Source of the DNA: Salisapilia sapeloensis CBS 127946
Lineage: Eukaryota > Protista > Oomycota
DNA length: 52,943 bases
Direction: 5' to 3'
Assembly: GCA_023334545.1 (NCBI GenBank)
Contig: JAADVB010000123.1
Location: 1-52,943, forward strand
The notes below the pieces were generated by a model, which worked only from the letters and a program-made list of their open reading frames with translations, searched no databases and was not told the origin of the DNA. A program made the position numbers and the translations under genes. How positions within the stretch are numbered: position 1 is the first letter of the stretch; each line of letters opens with the position of its first letter. This document shows positions 1-10,042 of the stretch, piece after piece.

Positions 1-54
1 CCGTGGTGCAAGTACCGTTGGTACAACAAGCGCGGAGGACGTCGCAACCAGTAG
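1..54 (+). CDS. Possible 3' end of a gene running in from outside the window (PWCKYRWYNKRGGRRNQ*)
   Basis: Open frame from base 1 to TAG at 52-54 with gene-like codon usage. It is too short to identify. Confidence 0.3.
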   Translation, partial: PWCKYRWYNKRGGRRNQ

Positions 55-250
55 AAACAGTCTAGCGGTCTAGCCTAAGCGAGTGAAATGAATGTGAACC
101 TGATGACTTAGTCCAATTGCTGGAAGCTCTAGGTTACCGTGATGCTCGCTACTTGTTAAATCTTGATGCTTGTCCTAAACATCGAACTAAACCGTTGATT
201 TAGCGTTGCAATTTTACACAACACATTACATCAGGCGAAGACAAGTAATA

Positions 251-835
251 ATGCTCCGTGCCAAGGTGCTGCCGGAAGTCCTCAATCAGGTCGTGGGCGA
301 TGGTATCTCTGCTGCTTTGTACGTCTAAGCGTATAATGAATTGTCTACTTTATGCTTGTCAACCCGTTGATGTTTTCTAATGTTGCGCAATGCACACGAA
401 CAGACTGACGACTGTCGATGGATCTCTCATGGGCTCCTCGGCGTCGAACGACCAGCTCAAATTAACTGATACGATCCCATCGGAAGCAGCGGAGGAGCAA
501 GGATCCGAAATTCGAGACGAAAAAGTGGACATGAAAGTGGTCGGTGCGATCGCTGCGCATGCATGGGGAGAATACGTTAGCTCTGCCGGAGACATTGATC
601 CGGAAGGAGCGCTCCGATTCCTTCTCGTCGAACTCGAGGTACCTTTACTAGTACCTACGCATCTATCCTATTCTCACTTCTTTTGTAGAATGCAACGTTG
701 GCGATGAGCTCCCCTGGCAATGGGTTCCTCGTCTGCGCCTATGCGGAGCAATCGACGCCGTGCGGCCTGTTGAAGAGCAAAGTGGAGACACTGACAACCT
801 ACCTCACGGACTCTTTATCTCAGATCAACATATGA
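251..835 (+). CDS. LAMTOR2: Ragulator subunit LAMTOR2 (roadblock/p14), 3 exons
   Basis: ATG 251. Introns 319-403 and 639-688 (GT...AG) give MLRAKVLPEVLNQVVGDGISAALLTTVDGSLMG...KVVGAIAAHAWGEY...LRFLLVELE|NATLAMS...FLVCAYAEQSTPCGLLKSKVETLTTYLTDSLSQINI*. This is collinear with the LAMTOR2 pattern (MLRPKAL.QVL...GSLL...AAIASNIW..Y...LKFILMD...LLCMYA...GMLKAKAQALVQYL). Confidence 0.92.
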
Positions 836-860
836 CAACATCCTTTCCAACCCATATTTT

Positions 861-3605
861 CTATTCTGTTGGCAAGTCGTTTATTGTCGTGCCTACTCGG
901 TCCAGTCGGTTCTCTAGCCACAGTTGTGTCGCTGGCGACAATCCGTTCTCCATTCCTTCCAGCACAGTCACGAACCGTCGTAGCTCGAACAGTTCATTCT
1001 TCTTGAGCAAGTAGGCCAGGATAGGAACAACCGTCTTGGCACTTGGCTGAGCACTCGGGTACAGATTGTACCAGTCTTGGATGAACGTCACGAGGTCGGA
1101 CACGGTTTCAGGCGCTTCGAGTCCAACGTTTGTCTCAACTTGGACATCGCTGCGTCCGACCTTTTGCTGCAGCTTCCGGACGATCGATAGGATCGGATCG
1201 TTTAGCTCTTTAGCCAGCTCTTCATTGAATTCAAGCCCATCCGCGACGGACTCGAGCTCCTCCGGCTTTACACCATGTTGCATCGTCTCTTGCTCTTCTT
1301 CTACCGAGGTCGATACATCCGCCAACAGTCGCTGGATGTTATCTCCTGAACTGCTTAATAAGAGCTTGATATGCTTTTGACCGATGATCGTGTCGTTATC
1401 CACCACCTCCTTACTATCCTTCCATTCCAAGTGCTTCAACAATCCGATGAAGATTTCATGAAAGATATGCTTGTTCGGCGCAGCTCCCTTGTTATGCATC
1501 TCCTGCAGCAGTGCACACGCAGTCGAGACGTCGTGCATTGCTTGACTCGAGTGGATCATTACAGCATACTCGTTCTGATGCAACATAGTATTCGAGACCA
1601 TTAAATGCACGATCTGACGCTTCATGTGCACCAAGACAGCACAGTCAGCCAGACGAAGGGAGTAGGAAGCAGCCGTGAGACCGTGTCTGAACAGATCCAT
1701 GAGCCTGATACGACTCGTACTGTCCAGCTCTTCCTTCAACGTCACGTTCGCAAACTCATCTACATCAATATACTTTTGCAGCATCGTATAGATACGACAT
1801 GTGAGGAGCGTCGAGTACGGTGTCTGACTAGCAGCGAGCTGTTTGCCATAGACAGTTGCGATCTTTTTCAATCGCTGCATGGAAGCAACATCTAGCAAAA
1901 GTCGATTGTCCATGTTGTCGCCATACGTGTCGAGTAAGAGAGATCGGATGGACGCTTCGACATGATCCAGTTGAGTCCATTGTCGCTGCAGCTCCAATTG
2001 CTTTGCCTTCTTACTGTACGCAGCGTCGAGTCGAGTCTGATTCGCTGCCAAGTAACTCATCGCCTTTTGCTCCTGGTCTTTCGAAGCACTCGTCTCCTTG
2101 TCCATAGATTCTACTTGTTTCTCTAACTTTTGGAGACCTACTTCTAGCTTCTGAAGGTGTGGGGAGGTTTGACGAATGACATCTGCGTCCATATCGTACG
2201 TCTCCAAGGACGATAGGAAATGGAGAGGAAGATACAAGAGGTAGTCCATGGCAGATAACAACACCTTTTGCTGCCTCAATTTCGATGGCGCCCACGACAT
2301 CTCCAAACGAGAGAATACGGACGTGAATTCACGTGCATTGTCCAGCAGCTCCTTTTCTAGTCCGACTGCTGCGAATGCCTGGAGGATATTGGAGTAGAGG
2401 TCAATCACGTGCGGAAGGAGCTGACGTGACGGAGTTTCGTCCAATGATGGAAGTTGATCGATGATGGGAATCTTGTTGACTACCTGTATCTTTCGCATCT
2501 TTTCATCGACGCTCTTGGTGAGTTCACGCATCTCCTTTAGATCCGAGGTGGAAAGGACGTAATCGCTCTGAAGGCTGTTCTCTCGAATATCATTGACAGT
2601 CGCTCCGAGAGACTGAAGTGCCTGTTTCCATACCATCACAAGCTGATAGTCCGTCAACTTTGACACAAGGCGCTTGTTCTTGGACATTTGGTCTAACACG
2701 CGCGTAATGTCTGGACCTCGAGCAGCCTGTAAGAGAGGCAGGAAACTCTCATAGTCGATCGTAGGCACCTTGCGCTCTGCCATCACCTTGACCATGTCAC
2801 GAAAGCTGAAGTGATTGTCTGCAAACACACGCAACGCTTCATGCACAGGGGCAAACTTATCGCTGCTCTTCACACCCTCCTTGACATTGTCGTACTTATC
2901 CAATATGTCTGTGATCGTGGTTTCCAAATAAGCATGAAAATGTTGCTGTTCAAGTGGAGATCGACGACCAGGAGGATTTGTTTCCGTCTCCGCGATGCGC
3001 AAAATATGGCGCTCCTGAGCTTGTAAAGGAAGTCCTTCCAGCATCGAACGAAGGGTGTACACATCAAGTGATTTCTCAAGGTATTCAAAAACGGTTGCAC
3101 GCACCGAGTACATGTAGGCATAAGGCGATGGCACAAAAGGCTCGAGCTTGATCGACGGATTAACGCGTCTCGAAGTGATCTGCTGTTGTAGGTGATGAAC
3201 GAACTCAAATTGACGGTTTTTTACTGCAACGGCCATGGCTGAATCATACATGCCGGCCAACTTTTTGCCATGGTCGGGAGCCATACGTGGTACAAGGGTA
3301 GCCATTGTCGCATCCCAAACACTAATAGCGTCTGCTGAGGTTGGTGCAGCAGAGACGGCTTCACGAAGCGTATTTAGCTCATTTTTTAGAGATGAAGCGG
3401 TGAGTGGGGCACTCGCAGTCGATGCACTAGAGGAATAGGACGCATTCGTGCCAACGTTATGGAGCAACGTTTGCAATGACGCAGGAGGAGTACTGAGCTT
3501 GAGATTGGAGAAAACCTTTCGTGGAGCTAGAGCTCGGGAAGTGCCACGAGGGACTGTGCTTTGAGCAACTGCCCTGATGCCGACACGCCGACGTAAGCGA
3601 TGCAT
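861..3605 (-). CDS. Large alpha-helical, probably mitochondrial protein with a degenerate PPR-like motif
   Basis: Uninterrupted 922-aa ORF; the first plausible ATG is 3605 (MHRLRRRVGIRAVAQ...). The N-terminus is Arg/Ser-rich and acid-free, like a presequence. PPR-like segment: NEYAVMIHSSQAMHDVSTACALLQEMHNKGAAPNKHIFHEIFIGL. Confidence 0.7.
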   Translation of the reverse strand: MHRLRRRVGIRAVAQSTVPRGTSRALAPRKVFSNLKLSTPPASLQTLLHNVGTNASYSSSASTASAPLTASSLKNELNTLREAVSAAPTSADAISVWDATMATLVPRMAPDHGKKLAGMYDSAMAVAVKNRQFEFVHHLQQQITSRRVNPSIKLEPFVPSPYAYMYSVRATVFEYLEKSLDVYTLRSMLEGLPLQAQERHILRIAETETNPPGRRSPLEQQHFHAYLETTITDILDKYDNVKEGVKSSDKFAPVHEALRVFADNHFSFRDMVKVMAERKVPTIDYESFLPLLQAARGPDITRVLDQMSKNKRLVSKLTDYQLVMVWKQALQSLGATVNDIRENSLQSDYVLSTSDLKEMRELTKSVDEKMRKIQVVNKIPIIDQLPSLDETPSRQLLPHVIDLYSNILQAFAAVGLEKELLDNAREFTSVFSRLEMSWAPSKLRQQKVLLSAMDYLLYLPLHFLSSLETYDMDADVIRQTSPHLQKLEVGLQKLEKQVESMDKETSASKDQEQKAMSYLAANQTRLDAAYSKKAKQLELQRQWTQLDHVEASIRSLLLDTYGDNMDNRLLLDVASMQRLKKIATVYGKQLAASQTPYSTLLTCRIYTMLQKYIDVDEFANVTLKEELDSTSRIRLMDLFRHGLTAASYSLRLADCAVLVHMKRQIVHLMVSNTMLHQNEYAVMIHSSQAMHDVSTACALLQEMHNKGAAPNKHIFHEIFIGLLKHLEWKDSKEVVDNDTIIGQKHIKLLLSSSGDNIQRLLADVSTSVEEEQETMQHGVKPEELESVADGLEFNEELAKELNDPILSIVRKLQQKVGRSDVQVETNVGLEAPETVSDLVTFIQDWYNLYPSAQPSAKTVVPILAYLLKKNELFELRRFVTVLEGMENGLSPATQLWLENRLDRVGTTINDLPTE

Positions 3606-3884
3606 GACGGACGTCGAAGCTATTGACACTTGGTTGGTGCCACAGGTTTTTGTTTCATCATTAATTTATGTGTAAACTATACTACGATCAAGACCAAGCG
3701 TATCTGCACGTTCTTTTCGGTATATTTAACAAGTCAGGACACTTCCAACCATATAGAAATTAAAGGTGTCCGGTCATAACTGAAGAGAGGCGAGATCGCG
3801 TATCCGAAGGTATCCTGCAGCAAGATTGTTGTCTGATAGAAGCTTATAAGTGGAATACGCTGCATAAAAGATAGTTCTTAGCGT

Positions 3885-4831
3885 TTATTCAGTACAATAG
3901 CCGTATTGAAGCTCTAGGCGCCTTTCGCCATAGTGCTGCTGCCAGATGGTGCGTTGGACAAAGGTGGCGGAGAGCTCCCGTCCGACGATGACACCTAGGC
4001 ATCGTACTTCCAGCTCGAGGTAGGATTGGATGTTTAGTCTGGACCGAAGATAAGCATGCAACTCTTTTATCTGATGCAAAATGAATACTCTGACATGATA
4101 GAGAATAGACTTGTATGGCACGAGCTACCTGAAAAGAGCCATTAACAAGCAAGAAGGGGCATTTGAGTCGAGGTAGTGGAACTCTATCTGTTATTCTATC
4201 CAGTTTGGTGTACACATTTTCATTATACATAAAATTTGTGGTTGAAAAGCAGGTAGTACCTCCTGTCTGGCCGAAGGACGAGCCCAACGAGGTTAAGGGG
4301 TTTCGATTTGTCAGGTATCGATTGCGAGAGAGCTGAGGTGCCATTCGTCAGATCATTATCTGGCGACGAAGTGATTTCACTAATGCGTTTTGTGCAATGG
4401 AAATTGTGAGTAGTGTAGAACGAGTGTGCATCCTCCTCTTTTCGCTGACTGTACTCCGGAAACACGTGATCGGTTGCTCGCTGCAACTGTTGATCTGGAC
4501 TAGAGAGCAGTGTGACTGTCAATAGTAGCACTAGATACGAATGTTGTTGTACATGAGTGTAGTGAGTGGTCGAGCTGGGAGTACGCAGCCACATTGAGGG
4601 CAGTCGCAATAGCCTTGGACGGTAAAATAGCGATAAATACAGCTCTTACAGACTAAGAATAGAGAGTTCAGGGTCTTGTACAATTGCATGCTGCATACAC
4701 TTTATGATAGTAGAAGGAAGCTTACATGAATGCAGGCATTCCGTAATGGTGTGCGCGTCCCGAAGGAGGCCTTGGCACAACATACAGCCAAGACGCTGTG
4801 AGAGTACACTAGTATTTGCAGATGATTGCAT
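3885..4831 (-). CDS. PCGF: Polycomb group RING finger protein (PCGF/BMI1/DRIP-like): C3HC4 RING plus RAWUL domain, 5 exons
   Basis: Four GT-AG introns join the ORF fragments into CMLCQGLLRDAHTITECLHS|FCKSCIYRYF...CPQCGCVLPARPLTTLI|PDQQLQRATDHVFP...HSFYTTH, then LPRLKCPFLLVNGSFQ|IKELHAYLRSRLNIQSYLELEVRCLG...LELQY. This matches the BMI1 RING (C..C.G...DATTI.ECLH.FCK.CI) and the plant BMI1 RAWUL (EVEIRCMG). The start codon (4831) is tentative. Confidence 0.85.
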
Positions 4832-5092
4832 TGGCAATTGGCGATTAGCAATAGCTGCAATAAAAGGACGAGTAGGTAAATGGCACTGGACGTCCTGCCG
4901 CCTGCATTCACTTCACTTTTGTCCTTTAGTCATCAGTGGTCCGGAGACGGGGCTTTGATAAATACACATCTGTAACACGAACTTTACAGACTCATTTGAC
5001 TGTAGTTTGTATATCTTACAGTTTAAATAGTCGTCTAGGGTGTTTCTATAGCTGACCACATCTTCTGACAAGAAAAGACCAAGTGGGATCAA

Positions 5093-6797
5093 ATGGTCAA
5101 GGGTATCTTCTATAGCGAATTTGACAATGTCGCTGGGCCTCAGATTGTGTGTCAAGAGCCTCAAGAGTAAGTGCTTCTATTTAGTTGCTTATTTGAATCT
5201 TTCGACTGAACTGAGCTGACTTGTGGATATTAGTCTACTCGGAAACGACGTCTTTGATTCGGTCTCAGGCTACATCATCATCGACAAAGCTTTGTGTGGA
5301 CGTATAATATCAGGTAAAGTTATCAAAATTACGATCCTTTGAACATGTACTTATTCCCTTATCCAATTTCAGTCTGTGTCCAGCAAATGCGAATCGTTGG
5401 CTTCCCAGTCTTTATTGAAGATAACAAGTACCACCGCAACGCGCTTCTCTTTAATATTGGTACTGTTGTTAGTCCTCCGAGTATGCTATCGAATGTTGAT
5501 GCTAACGTATACGAGTAGGCTTTGTCTTTGACGAAAAAGAGGATCCAACTCAATTTTTACCTATCCTTCGCAAAGTATATTTCAGCTTTACGAGTACTTT
5601 ATGTGCCTATGCAATCTCTAACAAGGCCATATCATAGCTTGGCATTCAATTAGAAGGAATGGAGCGGGAAAATGGATTCCTTTCGTCCAACAAGACAAGA
5701 AATACAATCCAAAATCTGCTACCACGGCTACTATCGGATCTTACGACCACAGGTAGCATTTCATACCATCAGCGTCACTACATTTAAACCGGACTTTAAC
5801 CTTATGCTAGGCGAATGCACCCTACCAATCGATCCAGCGAATATTCTGAATTTAAAACTATTCCCTCGCCTGCGCATCCCGAGCGATGTAGAGGAATATC
5901 AAGTACCTATTGCGCTTCGAGACCTTCACCTTCTCTTGGATACAAATTGTACGCCTCTTTGGTAAACATACTACCTACAGGAACTTACTCATAAGTGTTT
6001 GTATAGCGGAATGGGACTTGGCATTGCAGCAGATCGTTCCGTACATTGACGGTGTCCGCTTTGTGAAACGCATTTCCATGGAAGCGGATGTCGAGCTTTC
6101 AATCGTAAAGCAGTGCATTCAGCAGTTGATATATTTTCGATATGTCGCGCTGGCGGACCTATTTATGTACTCGAATCTATACGCCACATCGTCCGCCATC
6201 TCTCACCTCGCCACGGACACTACGTTCCAGGATGAATGTACGGCATATGTATCTAAGACGTATTCGAATGATGCACGACAGAGCCGTGTTCCTTTTGCTC
6301 AGGTCTTTGCACTTTATAATTCGATCCATCCAAGTTACCGCTTGAGCGAATTTTGCTCCATGTATCATGACTCGCTCGTACTAGTGGACGTCCGTCGCTT
6401 CATTACGTTTGGAATTGTCTACGGATTATTAAGACGAGTGCATCGGTATCCGATTTATAACGGCAGCACGGCCAGTGGAGCTTCAAGTAAAATGAGCAAC
6501 CATGTCCAGGGTAGCATGGCGAACAAGCCGTCCTGGTCGCCGGTGACCCCAAGCATGAACCCTGCCTTGCCGATAACTGTGTCGCCGCTGTCTCCGACGA
6601 TGATGGGGTCCGTCGGAAGTACGCATCATGGGTCGACAAGAGCAAGGAAGGAGAAAAACGAGATGAGCGAAAGTCAGGTGCTGGCGCTAATGGATGGCAC
6701 GAGACACACGGATGAAATCTGCTGTATAGCAATGTTGTCGTACAATGAGTTGGAGCGCATGGGTCAGCGACACAACTGCACAGTTGTTCACAAGTAG
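5093..6797 (+). CDS. NPRL2: GATOR1 subunit NPRL2/NPR2, 7 exons
   Basis: ATG 5093 (MVKGIFYSEFDNVAGPQIVCQEP). Introns at approx. 5167-5233, 5314-5372, 5460-5518, 5575-5637, 5753-5810 and 5949-6006. Motifs: KYHRNALLFNIGFVFD, ECTLPIDPANILNLK, EYQVP, WDLALQQIVPYIDGVRFVKRISMEADVEL, YSNLY, MDGTRHTDEICC. Confidence 0.93.
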
Positions 6798-7001
6798 CGA
6801 GGCATATTTTGATGCAAATTGAATTAATGCGACGCGTTTTTTCTGTAAAGAGCCAACGTTTATAGCAATCTGAAATTATGAAGAAGGTGAGTATCAGCTC
6901 TTAGCACTTTTATTGCGAGGGAAGCCTGGTCGCCTTGATACAGACTGCTTTGATTGTAAACAATAGGAAGTCGCATTTGGTAGTAGTATGATCGTTTCCG
7001 C

Positions 7002-7913
7002 CTACGCTTCTTTAGGCAGGCATGCTTTTACTCGTTGAAGCCCTATTGACTGGTTTGAAACGTCCTGGCAAGTGAAGTTTTCATCCACGCAGCAATTTGA
7101 ACTGTTCCCATCTTCATCACCGCACGGCGCATAGTTAATACTACAACCATCCGCTGGGTCACCAACCATCGCACCTGTCTGCGACGAAGATGCCGAAGTC
7201 ATCGCAGGCGGAGATGTCATGGTAGTTGTAGGTGGCGAAAGTGGCATGTCGGTTGCCTGTGACGATGATGCAGTACTACTTGATTGTGAGGAGGATCCCA
7301 TAGAACTCGCAGTTGTATAAGACCCCGTAGCACTTGCAGCTGACGATGATGCCATACCGCTTGTCGGTAAAGAAGTCGACGGTGCCATGGTAGGTGAATC
7401 AAGCGCCATTGTAGTTGTAGATGGTGGAGGTGTCGTGATACTTGTCTGTGACGATGATGCCGCAGTAAACGGATCTTGCTTAGGCAAACAAACTCTTGTC
7501 CATTGATCGTCGGGGGCTCGATCAGGAGATGGTACACACTCGTAATCTTCTGAGGTACAGCAGCTGACACTTGGCCAGTGAAGACCATCACACTGTGCGA
7601 GATTGTCTCCGCAGTCTTGTCCACCGCTTGAAGAAGCTGTGGGAGCATTCGGAGGGTAGTAGTGGCTTTTGGGCAAGCACAGTTTCGTGTACACGTCGCC
7701 TTCAGGACGATCTGGACTTGGCTTGCACTCAAAGTCATAGTCTTCGCAGCAAGTTGGCTTATCCCAGTTCTGTCCGTCACATTGAGACCACTTGTATGAG
7801 CAGGACTCTACGTTCGCATCAAAGTCTTCAAACTTGAGGTAGCCTTGTCCTGATACAGACACGAGTTGGAGGCTTGCTATGCTGGCGATCGAGATGGTGG
7901 AGACAAATTTCAT
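7002..7913 (-). CDS. Secreted non-catalytic protein with two variant CBM1-like modules, a Ser/Thr-rich linker and a C-terminal Cys module
   Basis: Signal peptide MKFVSTISIASIASLQLVSVSG. Modules CSYKWSQCDGQNWDKPTCC...ECKPSPDRP...TKLCLPK and CGDNLAQCDGLHWPSVSCC...SPDRAPDDQWTRVCLPK, followed by a mucin-like S/T/P/M tract. Confidence 0.85.
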   Translation of the reverse strand: MKFVSTISIASIASLQLVSVSGQGYLKFEDFDANVESCSYKWSQCDGQNWDKPTCCEDYDFECKPSPDRPEGDVYTKLCLPKSHYYPPNAPTASSSGGQDCGDNLAQCDGLHWPSVSCCTSEDYECVPSPDRAPDDQWTRVCLPKQDPFTAASSSQTSITTPPPSTTTMALDSPTMAPSTSLPTSGMASSSAASATGSYTTASSMGSSSQSSSTASSSQATDMPLSPPTTTMTSPPAMTSASSSQTGAMVGDPADGCSINYAPCGDEDGNSSNCCVDENFTCQDVSNQSIGLQRVKACLPKEA

Positions 7914-7934
7914 GTTGAATTCTGCTGGAGATGG

Positions 7935-7951
7935 AAGATCGAAAAATGAGC
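7935..7951 (-). promoter_or_regulatory. Oomycete Inr/FPR-like core promoter of the CBM1-like gene
   Basis: Minus strand GCTCATTTTTCGATCTT, 22-38 bp upstream of ATG 7913. Near match to the oomycete consensus GCTCATTYBNNNWTTY. Confidence 0.55.
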
Positions 7952-8128
7952 TGCTTTCACTTCTTTCGCGCGAGTGCTAGTAGGCGCATGGAGATAATCG
8001 ATTCCGCTTGTCCTAATCCCATGCACCGAATGCGTATTTATCATGAAACGAGACCGAGTAAGATCGCAAATCAAAGTATATCCTTATGCATAATGCTTAC
8101 GTAGTAAAATTATACTCGCTTTCCCAGA

Positions 8129-8450
8129 ATGAGGAAAGCGAATGGGATCATAGTGAAAACTCCCATAAAAATCTTGTTCGACTGGTCATCTAGGAAACCG
8201 TTGGAGCGTAGAAATGCTGCTGCAAATATCATCACACATCCTGTAGTACCTAATTGGCACGACCACTGCACTAAAGGATACGTTGCGACTAATGCTACAA
8301 TAGATCTTGCATCCAGCGACTTACGTTCTTGGATCAATCGGCAGATTACCGTTCCATCCGACCTTTGAATCACAGGTGAGAGATACAATTTAATTCTGAG
8401 CCAGAGTTTTCGCACAGGATATGCTTCTACTCTAGTGACTCTTAAGCACA
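8129..8450 (+). pseudogene. Possible highly decayed ankyrin-repeat relic
   Basis: The frame reads ...RNAAANIITHPVVPNWHDHCTKGYVATNATIDLAS..., resembling the local repeat NAAANGH.HV..WLH.NRTEGCTT.AMDLA. It is short and degenerate. Confidence 0.3.
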
Positions 8451-8899
8451 AGTATTTCTATATATTTAGATGGGAATGAAAACCCTGCTCGAGTACGCAT
8501 TGCCCGCTCCTTTACTTTTATTCCACGAAGGTGGATGTGGATCTTGTGTACAGGTAAGCTCGACTGCATATTGCTTTGCTATCCAAATCTAGCATCACTG
8601 TCGTATAAGGGTAAAAATTGTGTTTCCTCGACCACGGTTATTGTTTGTTGTTCTATTGGTAAATGTGCAAAGTTCTGTAAGATGCAAACGCAGGCTTGAA
8701 TTCAACTATCAATAACATAGTAGAGCCAGCAAAATACATGTTATTAGCAATTTGAGAAAGTGGAAACTCCATCATTCGATACAGGACCGATAGACTATCC
8801 GAGAGTATCAGTTCGAATGGGCCACCGCAATGTGCTTTGAAACCAATTCTAGCTCATTCTGGTGTCAATCATTTGACTCGTAATCAATTGCGGAGTCGA

Positions 8900-10042
8900 T
8901 TAACCTGAAGTGTTTTTTGGAGAAGAGCAGTCTTCACCTTCACTGCAAGGCACGCAAATCTGGGCGTATAGGTCACGGCGACAGGATGTCTTGTCCGGAC
9001 AAGCGTCCGTGTTGTCCGAGCACGGCGGGTTTTTCGCCGCGAGTTCGTCTTTAGACGGCAGTGGCTTCATGTTTGACTGCGACTTTGCATACTCATTATA
9101 CTTTTCAACCAATTTGTCCGCACGTTTGGCGTTGGCTTTCTCATCGAACGGATCGGCCCAGAATTGAGACTTTAGGTCCGACTTCGGCGTACAGTCTTGC
9201 GTGTTGAAGCCGTCACACCAGAACTCGACTTTACCATCTTCACAGAACTCCTTGTAGTTGGCATAGCCCATGTCCGTGATGCCGACGAGGTCGTCGATGG
9301 GGAGGTACCCGAGGATCTCATAGCTGAAAAGACATTCGCACGGGCTACCATTAGCATCCTTGGAAGAGTACATGCACTCTGAGCCAGGTTCCTTACCAAC
9401 GGCACAAACGCCGCCAGGGTACTTTGTTCGACATGCTTCATCCTTGTCGCTGAAGCCGCTAAGGTAGCACGCATTGGGAATCGAGTACCAAATGTTGTTC
9501 GGGTACGGCGCACGAAGGTCGGTTTCACGGTAGTCAGCACCGACAAAAAGACCAAGGTCTTCGGCTCCGTTTGTGCCACCGAACTGGTAGCATTGTTCGG
9601 GACGACTGCCTTGAGCATCGGTGACCGTACAGGTACCACCGTCCATTGCCATGAATGGGCCTAGCTCATAAATGCCAGAGCTGTCATAAACATCCATGGC
9701 GGCCTTTGGCTGCTTGATTTTCATCTCGTAGAAAACAACGTTGGCCATATTGTTCTTACGGACACAGCCGTTGTCCTTGACGTTGATACCCTCCGCCTGG
9801 ACGTACATGAGCGCACCCTCGACACTGGCAGCGTTTACTGTGTCCATTGTGCTTTCCCATTTTCCTTCAAAGTTGTCACCGTATTTGGACGTGTAGATTC
9901 CGTGTTCGGCATCCCATTCTGGCGTGTCGCCCTGCACGCGAGCTACGATGGACGTGACGGTTTTAAATTCGTTACCAGGCACACCGGCGCTGGTCACGGC
10001 GAGCGCACTGGCAATGGTAGAAATGATGAGTTGTGTCTGCAT
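8900..10042 (-). CDS. Secreted cysteine-rich protein of an oomycete-specific family of unknown function (380 aa)
   Basis: Signal peptide MQTQLIISTIASALAVTSA. Family motifs IVARVQGD.P.W, EGALMYVQAEGIN, RKNNM...VFYE, FMAMDGG.C, RAPYP...WYS.PN.C, YEILGYLPIDDLVGI, FWADP.D..AN..R and NPPC..N, recalled from Phytophthora/Pythium hypothetical secreted proteins. Confidence 0.85.
   Translation of the reverse strand: MQTQLIISTIASALAVTSAGVPGNEFKTVTSIVARVQGDTPEWDAEHGIYTSKYGDNFEGKWESTMDTVNAASVEGALMYVQAEGINVKDNGCVRKNNMANVVFYEMKIKQPKAAMDVYDSSGIYELGPFMAMDGGTCTVTDAQGSRPEQCYQFGGTNGAEDLGLFVGADYRETDLRAPYPNNIWYSIPNACYLSGFSDKDEACRTKYPGGVCAVGKEPGSECMYSSKDANGSPCECLFSYEILGYLPIDDLVGITDMGYANYKEFCEDGKVEFWCDGFNTQDCTPKSDLKSQFWADPFDEKANAKRADKLVEKYNEYAKSQSNMKPLPSKDELAAKNPPCSDNTDACPDKTSCRRDLYAQICVPCSEGEDCSSPKNTSG

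Noticed and set aside
90-240. CTGATGA/GTGATG box-C-like motifs upstream of LAMTOR2
   Set aside because: No downstream CTGA box D or terminal stem was found.
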